Of a DNA stretch of 64,000 bases, positions 23,193 to 35,172 are shown in pieces. A program made the translations under genes and the position numbers. The notes below the pieces were generated by a model. It did not search any database. It was given only the letters and a program-made list of their open reading frames with translations, and was not told the DNA's origin. The stretch comes from Massalongia carnosa (Eukaryota): NCBI GenBank assembly GCA_965645245.1, contig OZ287081.1, positions 1,178,001 through 1,242,000 of the forward strand, read 5' to 3'. Each line of letters starts with the position of its first letter. The stretch's first letter is position 1.

Positions 23193-25134
23193 ATCGTGCT
23201 AGACCACTTTCGGAATGCAGAGAGCACCCCTTAGTGCTTACCGGCTCAAAGACGCTACCGGCTCAAAGACGCATTTTTCAACACCTCAACATTAAAAAAA
23301 TCAGACCTTCATGAAAAGACGTCCAAATAGCTTCATTTCGGGTTTAAAATCTACTGCTCAGTCTGTTCTACTAACAGGCCCTGCCCTAGTAAAAATCGGA
23401 CGTTGTCTAACTGGGTTGATGAGGCCTTTTTCCCCTTATTAGCCTCCCTTTGTTCCTTTCGTCTAGCCTTTTCTTCCTCTTTTTTTTGACGAATTGAACA
23501 TAATTCTCTACATTGACTGACTTTTATGACTCCACCCTTTGCAGCTACCTGACCCCCGAGAGCGGCCCGACTTTTACGCGATGTGGTGGCTTTTTGCACT
23601 TGCTGAAGGTCCCGCGTAGTCAAATCTAGGGTGTTGGCGGAGGTGATGGAGGCCCTAATAAATTTCTGAAAACCGTCCACTGTTTTTTTATCCATCCATC
23701 CACCGATCGGCCCGGCCGCGGTCAATGCCCTTTGCAATTTGTGACCGAATTTTCTGATTGATTCGGGGCCTCGAGGGGTGCGCTCATGAAATTGAAGAGG
23801 TAGGGGGCTCGGGGTGCGGGGTTCATTCCTAATTTCCAAGGCTGCAGCTTGCTTCTGACGAATGACGTCGAGTACCATGTTCGGATTGAATGGGACGATG
23901 CCGGTGGTCCTGAATGCATGACGAATAGTAGATGATTTGAATGTCTTGTTGCGAAATTCCTGGAATGCGGCTAAAAATTCCAATTTTCCAAATTCCGTGT
24001 CTCCCATTCGTATCGCATGATCAATGGCCTCAGCATGATAGTGTTTGTACGGCTGAAAAACACCTACATCTAACGGCTGAGTCAAATGAGTAGAATGTGC
24101 TGGAAGACGAAATAGAACGATCTGATTTTCAGTGGCCAGCTTCAAAAACGGAATGGTTGAATGAGACCCAAACCCGTCGATGACTAGAAGTAGCCAAGCT
24201 CCACGTCTTTTAGTCCGTGTATGCTCGATGAAATGACGAAGCCAATCCATGGCTAAATCGTCATTTGAATAGCCGGTCTCGCTGGTCCCAATCAACGTCT
24301 CTCCGTCGAGATCGTTGTGTTGACACCATTTATGAAGAATATGAATACCCGAAAGAATAAGTAATGGTGGAATAACGTCACCGGCCGAGCTGATACACTC
24401 TACAGAAGTAATGTAGTCACGATTATCCGGATCAGTCATACGAAGAGGCTTTCGTGGGTCCAAGGTGATTACTATTTGAGCTCGTCCGCATCCAATTCGA
24501 AAGCCTGTTTCGTCCATATTCCATACATCCAGCTCCGTTATTCCCTTTTCCCTCATCACCCTTTCTAATTTGCTGAAATATTCAACCATATCGTTAACGT
24601 CGTGACTATTTTTTCGATCGACTGCGAGAGGCTTCTGTTTTCGTACATGAAGCTCGGGATTTCGATCAAGAAATCGCTTCAGCCACTGATGACCAAGAGT
24701 ACGATTCTCAAAACGAATCAGATAATTTGCAGCCCCCACGATCAATTTGGGTCGCGCACACATGTTGGCCTTGTCCAATCGCTCGATGTAGTCACGAACA
24801 GCTTGTTCTTGCTCATCCGTCAGAGCTTTGTTGGTACTAGGTCGACTGCTTTTGGAGTTGCCTCCATTCCATCGTTTTTGAACCGTACGAGGGGCAACGT
24901 CAAAAGCTATAGCTGCAGCTCGACAATTAGTATACAAACCATCATGTAACGCGTCAATTGCACTGTCAATTCGATCCTCGATAGCTGAATATGAATTGAC
25001 CATTATGTTGTTGATTGTTGACGTGTCGAAGTTGAGGTGTAAAATGTTGAAAATGCGTCTTTGAGCCGGTAGCGTCTTTGAGCCGGTAAGCACTAAGGGG
25101 TGCTCTCTGCATTCCGAAAGTGGTCTAGCACGAT
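23193..25134 (-). mobile_element. Intact pogo/Fot1 transposon B
   Basis: TA at 23191-23192 and 25135-25136. Identical ~85-bp TIRs (ATCGTGCTAGACCAC...) contain two 17-bp direct repeats TACCGGCTCAAAGACGC. Confidence 0.95.
23351..25003 (-). CDS. pogo/Fot1 DD35D transposase (550 aa, intact)
   Basis: ATG at 25003, HTH/CENP-B-like N-terminus, WNMDETGF, IDGFGSH and QPLDVG (35-aa spacing), basic C-terminus. Confidence 0.95.
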   Translation of the reverse strand: MVNSYSAIEDRIDSAIDALHDGLYTNCRAAAIAFDVAPRTVQKRWNGGNSKSSRPSTNKALTDEQEQAVRDYIERLDKANMCARPKLIVGAANYLIRFENRTLGHQWLKRFLDRNPELHVRKQKPLAVDRKNSHDVNDMVEYFSKLERVMREKGITELDVWNMDETGFRIGCGRAQIVITLDPRKPLRMTDPDNRDYITSVECISSAGDVIPPLLILSGIHILHKWCQHNDLDGETLIGTSETGYSNDDLAMDWLRHFIEHTRTKRRGAWLLLVIDGFGSHSTIPFLKLATENQIVLFRLPAHSTHLTQPLDVGVFQPYKHYHAEAIDHAIRMGDTEFGKLEFLAAFQEFRNKTFKSSTIRHAFRTTGIVPFNPNMVLDVIRQKQAAALEIRNEPRTPSPLPLQFHERTPRGPESIRKFGHKLQRALTAAGPIGGWMDKKTVDGFQKFIRASITSANTLDLTTRDLQQVQKATTSRKSRAALGGQVAAKGGVIKVSQCRELCSIRQKKEEEKARRKEQREANKGKKASSTQLDNVRFLLGQGLLVEQTEQ

Positions 25135-25515
25135 TACTTCTTTTGTACACCAATATGGGTATCCATAATTTGAGAATTTGTCGTTTTTCTTACTTGTAAG
25201 TATGGTCAGTTACAAGTCGAGTATATTTTTTGCCCATTTGTCCATTTGTACACCTTGAAAGGATTTAACTATGTAGAGAGCTATTGGATAGAATTTTCTC
25301 CTAATCCTCCTCCGACCTACATGTTGTTCTTGGTAATACAACCTACTGCGTCCTCAGTGTTGTTGAAAATTATGTACCATGAAACTTTATCCTCCAAGGC
25401 AGCAAAGGGGGGTGGATCATCACTCGGGCTTTTTACCACTATATCTCTGCAAGCTACTTGAACTCCAAAACAGCTCCTTCACCTGCCCGCCCCTTTCCCC
25501 CTTATCAAACCTGTC

Positions 25516-26104
25516 ATGTTTCTCTCCTCTATTCAGATATTCGTTTTTGTTGCTGTTGTGATAGCTTCACCAACTGAACAAACTGTCCCCAAAGGACCCG
25601 GTTATATCCTCACATTTGGTGAAGCAAACGCAAGAGGCCCGCCATGGTAGCTGCGTCCCTTATTAACTCCTTCATCACATACCTGTGTCCCGCTAACCCG
25701 AACAGCGACAACGACTATAAAGCAAACCTTAGCTTAGCGATGCCAACGGTAGCCGCAAAGAAACAGCCGCAATGCCTCGACATCAGCGAACTTACTTCTG
25801 GCGGCGGCATCAACGGCGGAATCGTCAATTACCCCCTCCACTGGCCCGCCCTAGGCCCACCCTAGGCCCGGTATGCATCGAGTACTGTATTCGTGCTGAT
25901 TACTCCATCAATATACGGGAGCGGATCCCGACTCCATCCATAGGCTACTAACGGCGGTTGACGGCGCGGCTCATCAAATCAAGACTTATTAATGCCAGCG
26001 TTATAAATTCACGATGGATTTGGAGCCGGGATCTTAGTCGTTCCGCGTGGCAGGAAGTTCGTCTGGAACGAGGACGAATGTCGCTCGGAGGATTCGCCTC
26101 ATAA
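25516..26104 (+). pseudogene. Possible decayed small secreted protein gene
   Basis: Signal-peptide-like MFLSSIQIFVFVAVVIASP followed by short broken frames and an 11-bp tandem duplication (CCCTAGGCCC). No family recognised. Confidence 0.3.
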
Positions 26105-26395
26105 GGTCAAACATTACTAGCAATCGGTCGCGCTTTCTCGCCTAGCTGGGCTGTGTAGCTAGCACCTGTTTTAGCGTCCTATACGCTTGTTGTCCTTGGA
26201 AAAGCAGAAAGCATCAATGCCAGATGGAGGCTTGGATATTCGCGAAACGGCTATTGATTGTGCTCCGGTGCTACTTTGTAGGCCTGGTTATAGAGGGGTA
26301 GTGGTATGCTAATATGACTCATCGTCGCTCAAACCAACTGTCATGATCGTTATAACCATATTAACATATTCCGATTTCGCTGACGGGTACAAAAT

Positions 26396-27591
26396 CTAGC
26401 AACAACCTCCTCTTCGCCTTCTCCCAGAACCATTTAGTCTAAAGACTGCCTCCCATTCCCTCATTCCAGTACCCCACCGCCCCGTTCCTGTCCTTGCTTT
26501 CCTGCGTCTCCTCCCCAAGCCCCCTTCCTCAATTGTGGTTCCGCTCTTCACGCTACCCCCGTCCCCATCTTCTGCCCACATACCGCTATCCCCATATTGA
26601 ATTCCACTCATAGGGTCGTCCGGGTCGATCTCGCCCACTTCGATTTTCGTCAATATCATCCGAGCCAAGCGAGAGAAGATTTCCTCCACTCCGTCCCCTG
26701 TAAGAGCGCTCACTTCTACTGAGACTGGAATTGCAGCTTTGGATGCCCATCGGGAGGCTTCCTCTAGCGTGACTTCACGGCCTTCTAGAGTACGTGTAAC
26801 TGTTTGTTGAGAGCCGAGGCCATAACCTATCGAAGAATGACTGGAGCCAATTCTGCCTATTCCTGAACCTTTACCTCCAGAATCATTCCGAAGATTAGAA
26901 TGCCTGCTGGATGTGCTTCCGGGGCTTTTTGATAGCAGATCCGGGGTTTGCATGTTTAAAAGGGCACCAGCAGACAGATCCGACTTATTGCCAGCCAGGA
27001 GAAGCGTAAGATTCGGCGAAGCGAGAGCGCGGGCATCGTTTAGGAAGGTTGGCAAAGCACTGAAGGACTGGTGAGATGCAATGTCGTACACCAGAATTGC
27101 ACCAGCTGCGCCTCTGTAGTACGATCGCGACACGGAGCGGAAGCGTTCTGTACCTGCAGTATCCCAAAGCTGTAGCTTAATTCGCTTTCGCCGTACACCT
27201 GTGCCAACTTTGATAATCTTGGAGGAAAATTCAACACCAATGGTCTGGGATGATAAAACGCGCCCTTGGATATATTAAATGCTGGACGTTAAGAACAAAA
27301 AGGGGTACCAACATTCATTCTTCACAATGCGGTGGAGCAGACACGACCTGGAGCGAGATGAGCCCGAAGGATTGTCGCAGAAAGGGACCAACGAACTTGC
27401 CGGTCCCACTAGGTCCTAGTAGTATGACTTTTGCGAGGTAGTCATACATACTTCCAAGCTCCTAACAGGGCCTTAGCTTATTCGGCCGTTTTCCCACGGC
27501 ATCAATGAGCAACAGGTTAACAAACTTGATCGGCATGGTCTTGTATAGAGGAGCTGGTCGACACATTCGAACCTCGACGTTGGCGAGTCAT
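26396..27591 (-). CDS. ypt4: Rab4-like small GTPase, 4 exons
   Basis: [58 protein letters not shown] and a C-terminal GGCC prenylation motif. Confidence 0.88.
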
Positions 27592-27923
27592 CTTAGCACT
27601 GGTCACAACTGTGCTTCGGCCGGTAGCGCTACTGACAACAATCACTGTCAAGCAAAGGGGAAGAAGAGTTAATTGTGAGTAAGAGCAAAACCAAGGTACC
27701 TAGGTTCATATCGTATTCTTCAAAATGCGTAATTTACTGTAAATTACCCACTAGTTACCTTGTTAAATCCAATCAATCATTCGCTTTCGGGAAGCTCCTC
27801 CGTGATTCAATTACTGTCTGGCAAACCCAATATTGACCAAGACCAGAAGCATCACCCTCTCTCCCTCCTTCCAGGTGTCTTTCTTTTTGTCACAGTATAG
27901 TGGTGTTCGGAGGCTATTTCTTC

Positions 27924-28823
27924 ATGTCCACGGCGGCATCTCGACTGATGCTTCGGCATACCCGCTTCGTCGTGCGACAAAACATCCTTCGCCATGCTTC
28001 AACCACTTCGGAAGCTGCGCAAGCGGTTTCAGAAACCGCCGCGAAATCGAAAGAGGCTGCTTCCAATATCACTTCGAAAGCTTCGCAAGGCCTTTCACGA
28101 GTAACCTCGTCAGCTGGACCGGCTCTCAGTGGAGCAGCGCAGAGAGTAAACGGCCTCATATCGCGAGTAGGAGGACGAACAGGACGACTCATTGCCTTTG
28201 GTAGATGTGAGTCATTCATTTTCAATTCTTTGGAGTATCCTGCCACAGGCCAATTGATTGTGAGGGAGCACGTGATGATTCAGCATGAGTGTCACTTCGA
28301 CATCAGCTTAGCGGATTTCCTTACGCCTTCGAGGCATTGGGCGTCATTAAGCTGTTTTCTTGCCTCTTTCAAATTCTTGGCTATTTTACTAAGAGACTTT
28401 GAACCCAAAGCTTTGATTCCCCCCACAATTTACTATTCAAAAGTCGGGTTTGAGCTTTCGAAGCTTGTATTTCGAGGACGGAAAATGAATCCACCGTATG
28501 TCGCTCCTCCACGTCCTATAAATGATCAGCAAGGTTCAAGTTTACTTATCAGTTCGGTATCAAGCGCTATCGAGGCATTCCAGTCTTATATTACGCCCCT
28601 CGCACATGTTATTCGACACCCAACCTCTTTCTTCAGCGCAGCTGAGAGTACAGCAAACTCTCTGACCATGGGTGGAATTTTGAGCAGGATCAGAAATATC
28701 AATCGACAGGAACTAGCATCAGCAGGTATCATTACAGCGGAGGTGTTAGGATTCTTCACAGTTGGCGAAATGATTGGCAGATTCAAACTGGTCGGTTACA
28801 GAGGAGACGTAGAGCATCATTAG
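27924..28823 (+). CDS. ATP20: Mitochondrial ATP synthase subunit g, 3 exons
   Basis: IYYSKVGFELSKLVF and AEVLGFFTVGEMIGRFKLVGY. Introns inferred at 28207-28410 and 28496-28564. Confidence 0.9.
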   Translation: MSTAASRLMLRHTRFVVRQNILRHASTTSEAAQAVSETAAKSKEAASNITSKASQGLSRVTSSAGPALSGAAQRVNGLISRVGGRTGRLIAFGRCESFIFNSLEYPATGQLIVREHVMIQHECHFDISLADFLTPSRHWASLSCFLASFKFLAILLRDFEPKALIPPTIYYSKVGFELSKLVFRGRKMNPPYVAPPRPINDQQGSSLLISSVSSAIEAFQSYITPLAHVIRHPTSFFSAAESTANSLTMGGILSRIRNINRQELASAGIITAEVLGFFTVGEMIGRFKLVGYRGDVEHH

Positions 28824-29307
28824 GTTCGAGGTGATGATTATTACAAACGCAAAGGGCGAACAGTTATTCAACCCTACGGAATCGAAAAGCAGGGGATTGG
28901 CGGAGTGATTTGGAGGTGCGTGAGGGTCTCACACTATTTCGTTGATATGCATATTAAATGTCACAATAGAGTGGTGTAATAGTAAACCAGTTCCAAATAT
29001 TGAGGTGATGTTTGAACTTGAAGTATTCACAAACACATGCAGAACCTTCTAAATGTTCCAGCATTTTTTATGGCCCGTTTGAATCTCAACTTTCCAGAAA
29101 TCGAAAACATACTTGTTTATGTATAGTAGCGCCGGCTCCTACATAATGAATGCGCTTTATAACCGAGACTTAAAGAATTTTGTGCAACAAGTCTATGTGC
29201 AAACCTGGAATCTGAACTGCATCCACACATTTACATTGCCGGATCGCCAGATATTTTTCATATCTCATTTCAAACTAGAGGCCTGTTGCTATAAAGTTGA
29301 AAACGTC

Positions 29308-31533
29308 ATGGATATATTTAAATTGCTTGCAAAGTCTACAAATCTACAGAAATCAGCGTCCACATCTAGGAAGGCTACTCACCAAAGGATCCCTTCAGCT
29401 GGGCTTCAGAGCCATCGCGATCCATCGATCCACACAGAGATTATCACGGATGCGGAAAAGCACTCCCTAAGGACAGGGACCAAGCGCAAACGTAGCGAAG
29501 GTAAAAGTGAGCAAACACATGAAATATCAGATAGACCAAACCGTTTCAGACCTGGAAATAAAGATGATGTATCTCATGAAAAGCCATCCAGCCCAGCTAG
29601 TAATAGCCTCAGGCCAACGCCTCAGGCGAAGGGTGAAGTAATAGGCGGAGAAATACTCCATTTGGATGAAGACGAATGTAGGCGAGTCATGAAGCGCAAC
29701 AAGCTCAAAATTACCTTGCTAGACGTTCCGGCTGGTGTCGAGAACGAGCTTTCAGACTCTGCAAGCTCGAAGTCCCATACGGGTCTCTCAAAACAACTGG
29801 TTGTGCAGCCATTAGTTTCCTTTCAACAGTTGCGTACCAAGTATGGAATCTCAAAGAGGCTGGTTGAGAATCTTAAATCACAGGGGTATTACGAGCCCAC
29901 TGGAGTGCAGATGGGAAGTCTACCGGTGCTTTTGGGGACAGACGAAGACCGGGGAGTCTCGGAAAAGCAAAGATTAAGTAAAAAGAGGCACAACAGGTCA
30001 GGGGTTGATCTGCTTACAGTCGCTCCTACGGGCAGCGGTAAGACTTTGGCATTCATCCTCGCGGTCTTTCATGGACTACTCAAAGATATGGCAACCAATA
30101 CGAAAGAAGGATTGCAAAAAGCCAGGGAGCATAATGTCCAGGCTTTGATCATCGCGCCAACGCATGAACTTGCAGATCAAATTGCTAACGAGGGTAAATC
30201 TTTAGCCACCGGCACTGGTTTGAGAATAGCCAATATGAGAAAAGGCATGAGACTCAATTCGCAAAAGCAAACCATTGACAAAGACGTTGCCCATAAAGAT
30301 GTTTCAGATGGCGAACTGTCAGACTTGGATCTACGCTCTACCCAAGAGTCTTTGGTGAAAGTCGATGTTCTGGTAAGCACCCCTTTGATGCTTCTGCATG
30401 CCATCTCGCCAGATTCTACGTCAGCTGCCTCGACCCTCCCTGCCATCCGCTACCTGGTCCTCGACGAAGCCGACATTCTTCTTGACCCTTTGTTCCGCTT
30501 CCAGACATTGGGAATATGGGACGCTTGCGTGAATCCCTCTCTCCAAACATCTTTGTGGTCCGCCACCATCGGATCCTCAATCGAAACCCTGGCTCAATCC
30601 TTCATACTTGGTCGTCGACGCACTCTGAACACCTCGAAGTCGCAAAAGCAACCACACTATATCCTCCGCTTGATAGTCGGGCTCAAAGACTCAGCTGTGC
30701 CAAACATCTCACATCGCCTTGTTTACACCGCCAACGAGCAGGGAAAGCTCCTTGCCATGCGCCAACTCATTCACCCCGCCGCTGGCTCCGCGGACGGAGG
30801 CCTGACTATCCAACCGCCGTTTCTTGTCTTCACGCAAACCATCCCACGAGCCATTGCCCTACACTCCGAACTCCTATATGACATACCTTCTGAAGCCGGT
30901 GGATCATCCCGCATCGCCGTCCTTCACGCCGATCTTTCCGGCCCCGCGCGCTCGGCCATCATGGCAGATTTCCGTAGGGGTGATGTCTGGGTTCTTATCA
31001 CCACCGATTTGCTGTCCCGCGGTGTCGACTTCCGAGGTCTAAATGGCGTGGTCAACTACGACATCCCCAACACAAGCGTTTCATACGTGCACCGTGTGGG
31101 GAGGACGGGGAGACAGGGAAGGGAAGGTGGAATCGCGGTGACCTTCTACACCAAAGAGGACATCCCCTATGTGAAAAACGTGGCGAATGTAATTTCTGCA
31201 AGCGAAAAGATGTGCGGCAAAACCGGTGGCGCCAACGACGCGAAAGGGGTGCAGAAATGGCTGCTGGACGCGCTGCCCGCCGTAAGCAAAAAGACAAAGC
31301 AAGAGCTGAAGCGGAAAGGTGTGGAGAGCCGACGCGTAGTCGCAGCGAAGGGGACTGGTGAGGCTGCGAGGGCGGCGAAGAAGACGCGCATTAGCACCAA
31401 GAGCGGCTATGATCGGAAGCTGGAGAACCGACGGAAAGGCGCGGCGGTGGGGAGTCGCCGCCGGGCGAGGGAAGAGGGCTCGGGAATAATGGATGATTCG
31501 GGGGCCGAAGAATGGGGAGGGATTGATGACTAG
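29308..31533 (+). CDS. ROK1: DEAD-box RNA helicase Rok1/DDX52
   Basis: MDIFKLL start, APTGSGKT, LDEAD, WSAT, PPFLVFTQTIPRA, RGVDF and HRVGRTGR. Confidence 0.92.
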   Translation: MDIFKLLAKSTNLQKSASTSRKATHQRIPSAGLQSHRDPSIHTEIITDAEKHSLRTGTKRKRSEGKSEQTHEISDRPNRFRPGNKDDVSHEKPSSPASNSLRPTPQAKGEVIGGEILHLDEDECRRVMKRNKLKITLLDVPAGVENELSDSASSKSHTGLSKQLVVQPLVSFQQLRTKYGISKRLVENLKSQGYYEPTGVQMGSLPVLLGTDEDRGVSEKQRLSKKRHNRSGVDLLTVAPTGSGKTLAFILAVFHGLLKDMATNTKEGLQKAREHNVQALIIAPTHELADQIANEGKSLATGTGLRIANMRKGMRLNSQKQTIDKDVAHKDVSDGELSDLDLRSTQESLVKVDVLVSTPLMLLHAISPDSTSAASTLPAIRYLVLDEADILLDPLFRFQTLGIWDACVNPSLQTSLWSATIGSSIETLAQSFILGRRRTLNTSKSQKQPHYILRLIVGLKDSAVPNISHRLVYTANEQGKLLAMRQLIHPAAGSADGGLTIQPPFLVFTQTIPRAIALHSELLYDIPSEAGGSSRIAVLHADLSGPARSAIMADFRRGDVWVLITTDLLSRGVDFRGLNGVVNYDIPNTSVSYVHRVGRTGRQGREGGIAVTFYTKEDIPYVKNVANVISASEKMCGKTGGANDAKGVQKWLLDALPAVSKKTKQELKRKGVESRRVVAAKGTGEAARAAKKTRISTKSGYDRKLENRRKGAAVGSRRRAREEGSGIMDDSGAEEWGGIDD

Positions 31534-31781
31534 GGTGGGTGGGTAGGACGATCCGATATTTTTGCATGTTTGAAGCCAGGTAAGGAAGGAGAGGATGCCG
31601 GTAAGCTCCGGGATGGGGTTGGGCTATGCAGGGACAGGGAAAATTGGAAAATCTCGGGTTTCGCCCTCTCATAACCTGGTTTTCAGATTTTCCGTACATA
31701 TACCCATGTTTGGATGCATGTATCACGTGGAGCATGGTTTCAATGTCAGAACCCGGTCCAATCGATGGAATTTAAAGCCAT

Positions 31782-33244
31782 TCAATATGGGTGGAGCCTC
31801 ACTCGATCCTTCTTCTTCCCTTCGTTCGCCCGTTTCCGCTTTCGGCCTATCGTCCCCACTACTCCAGTCTCCTCCACCTGGGCTTGCGCTTCGCTCTCGC
31901 CCGCTGGCATTTGCCACGCTCGAATGAGACCGTCTTCGCCGGCCGTGAAGACCCTTTGAGCCTGTGCGACAGGGGTCCGTATAAGCTATAGCGTTTGTCG
32001 AACACACATTTTTATATTTTCTGGGTTTAGAGAAGAGTGGACACTTACCTCGTCGTTGATGACGAAGGATCGGACAAGTTCTGAGCCGTGAGCACCCTGA
32101 AGGCGAAGAGCCTGGTCTGGCGAAATCTCCCATTGCGGTCTACGGTAGAGAGGGACCATCCCGAGTTCGTGGGAGCTAATGATTGATAATTGAGTAAACG
32201 GAACGATATAGCTTACAGGGAGATAGGTTTATGAATGCAGAGGAAGTCCTACTTGTGAAGCCCGGCGCCGATAATAGCTTCACCATTACCCAAGGGGACA
32301 ACATCGACAACATACTCACAGCTCAAGAGGGATCTCAGATCGCCGAACTTCAAGTGAGGTTCTTCAGCAACGGTCTCGTCTGGGTTGGAAAGTTGATAAA
32401 TGGATAGGATTTCGTCGTGGCTAAGGGCATAAAAGTCATGGCCGGAGAGGAACCCAGCACGGTGAATGGAGGAACCATGGTTTACAATTTGGACGAGTGC
32501 CTCGTCTTCGTCGAGGATGGTGATGTCGTAGATGTTGACCAATCCGTCGGTGCTACCTGACAGCAAGTAGGCGGAATTGGTAGGGTGGAAGCGTAGCTGA
32601 TGAGATGATGAGTATCATAGCTTCGTTGGTTTTAATGATCGGGACCGAAGATTACTTCCGAAACATCATCGTTATGGCTCTCAACGTACTGCACCAGTGA
32701 ACTTTTGGGAGATCTATAATCCCTAGTCAGTTCATCAGCGTAAGCGTAGAGACTGGCACCCCTATCCACGGCGAACGCACCATATTGTCACTGTGGCCTG
32801 GGAATGCGTTAATTCCGTACCCGCAGCCAGATTCCAACCACGGCAGTTCAACGACAGATACGCCGCACCGAGTCCTAAATGACAACACCACCGCTTCAAC
32901 GCTCAATTCGCTGTATATCTTCATAAGGTATACGTACGATTATTGATTTCGAATGCTTTCCCTCCCGACCGCAGATCCCAGCACCGCATGGCAGAGTCTC
33001 GGCCAGATGTCAACACGCAATAAGAATCCACACCCACTGTCTCCATGCATGTAACGCCATCATGAACTTTGCTGAAGTTGCCGCCTGAGGTGAGTTGCAG
33101 CGTTTCTAGATCGAAAAGGCGCAAAGAATCATCTGAGGCGATTGCGGCCAAAGAAGCGTTCTGATCCGCGAAGATGGTTTTGTAAATGTATGAGTCTGGC
33201 GGCAGGAACGGTGTGGATGTTGAAAGTAGCATGGCCGGATTCAT
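31782..33244 (-). CDS. WD40-repeat protein (WDR89-like), multi-exon
   Basis: AAIASDDSLRLFD, AAGTEL, YVESHNDDVSE, LLSGSTDGLVNIYD, GAHGSELVRS and FTAGEDGLIRAW. The frame was continuous across the splice junctions checked. Confidence 0.85.
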
Positions 33245-34032
33245 GCTTAATACGTTATTGAGACTGAAGTTGAGAAGATCTGGAACATGACCCTACTATT
33301 TACCCTCCCGGAGCTTAGGGCTTTGGCTAACTCAACTGGAACCGGGGATGTATTGATTGGAATTAAATGTCTTATGCTTATGAATGAACTGCTCATTTTA
33401 ATACTACGTATAGGAACAAGAAGAACGTATGGAACAAACACCACTTTGGGAACTGAAGAAATATCAGCCATCACGGAGAAGTTCAACCGCGACGCGTCCT
33501 ATTCTATAGAGCATATATATACAGAATAGAAAATATATGCTGGCGACCTCATGTACCATCTGTCATAACATATGTTCATCCACGCTGTAGCTTATATTGC
33601 TTTGGCTCTTGGCACTGCCCCAAATGTGATACATGACTAGTCTCGACGAAAACCCGCGCAACTTGTTCAGCTTGTAGCGCAAAGCCTTTTGTCTCAAACT
33701 TGATCTTCTCTATCGCCCTTCGTGTTGAAATTCGCCTAGTGACTGGTGGGTTTACCTTGAAGATGATCAGCCTTCGCCGAGTGGCTTGCGGCGACTTCCC
33801 CAGCGTCGCAATACCTTCAAGTGTCTCCAACGCGACTTCTTTAGCAACCACAATGCCTCCCTACTAGTGCGGGAGGAGTCCTCGTTCCCATTAGTGCTTC
33901 TTATAAAGATATGCTACATCACTGTCTTTTAGCTCATCTTCCCTCCTAAATTGTACTCGTTAGGTTACCACACTGATAGAGACTTGTGTGCAAAGGCTAT
34001 CGTATAGGAATTGGTGTCTCAGTGGTCACATC

Positions 34033-35172
34033 ATGAACATTGTTTCTCTGTGCCTCCACCTGGCGTAGGCTAGTCTCGTATTGGTATCTTCCATCTGAGA
34101 TCTTTTGGGAGACGGCACATGGAGTACTCACTAAATGCCGCAGGGACAAATTCCCTGCTCCCAAGACGTCGCCTACCCAATGGATTCTGCTCCCAGCAAC
34201 AGTCCTGGCGCCCCCGTGAACCCTGCAATGGCCAGCATTCAAGTTGCGGGGGCAGGCAACGTCGTCAAAATTGTGGGCCAGAATCTGGATTGGGGGGGGT
34301 GGAGGACCAGCGGATCTGATCAACCTCAGCTAGCGCAGTTTGCGCCTTCGATCGCTCTTGCACAAGCGTGCAGAGTTCGAATGTAAGGCCAGAGCACTTT
34401 CCAGGTTATATTCAGGGAAACTCCCACCACGACACAATAGCTAATCATGATCTTGAACTTCAAGGTACTAGCAGCGAGACTTGTTATTCGCTACAGGGCT
34501 CTCCTTTCTGTGCCAACAATCAGTACGTAATCTTTATAGCCACTCGTAGACCTAGCTTGGCTTACATGTAGGCTGGAGGCATATTGCTAACGCAGCTCCA
34601 GAACCGATGACTTTCGACTACCGGACGGCACAAACGGCAATTTGGGTTCTGGGAAGTACACTCTTGTTGATGGGCAAATAGGGAGCATATTTTCAGGGCC
34701 TGAACCAACACCAACTGGTTTCACAACTGGAGCAGCGCCATTGATAACTGACACATCCACCATAACCAAGTCACCCATCGCGCTACCGAGGGCTCAAGGA
34801 ACCGGAACACTGACAGCCACAAGTGCGGAGCATAAAATCTCAACAAGAAATTCAAGAAATTCAAGAAGTGTTTCACCTGTGGCAACAACTACTTCCACAA
34901 GACGCCACACCTCGAGTATCACCTCTATATCAACACCAAGATCATTTGCAACTGTAGAAGCAAGTCCATGGGGGGTCTGGTTTCTTCGGTTGTTAGTAAC
35001 TAGAACCTCTATAACTGTAGGCATCGGGTATTTTAGCAGCTTTCTCACCATTTTGGGTTCGCTTTATTTTTCCTTATTCATCTCCTTGGTGGAGGCGTGT
35101 AAGTTTAGGAGCGGGCGTTTTGTCAGTAACCGAGGCCGTAACATCGACAGAACTGCATTAAGATCCAGATAA
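34033..35172 (+). pseudogene. Probable decayed secreted/GPI-type protein gene
   Basis: ATG 34033 opens MNIVSLCLHLA*ASLVLVSSI*...H*MPQGQIPCSQ, in frame with ORF 34135 but carrying three stops. An intron-like GTACGT..TAG lies at ~34523-34571, followed by a Ser/Thr-rich stretch and a hydrophobic C-terminus. Confidence 0.5.

Noticed and set aside
28272..28354. Canonical box C/D or H/ACA snoRNA, or SECIS
   Set aside because: A box C-like GTGATGA is present, but there is no downstream CTGA, no ACA after the hairpin, and the SECIS helix does not pair. Kept only as an unassigned structure.
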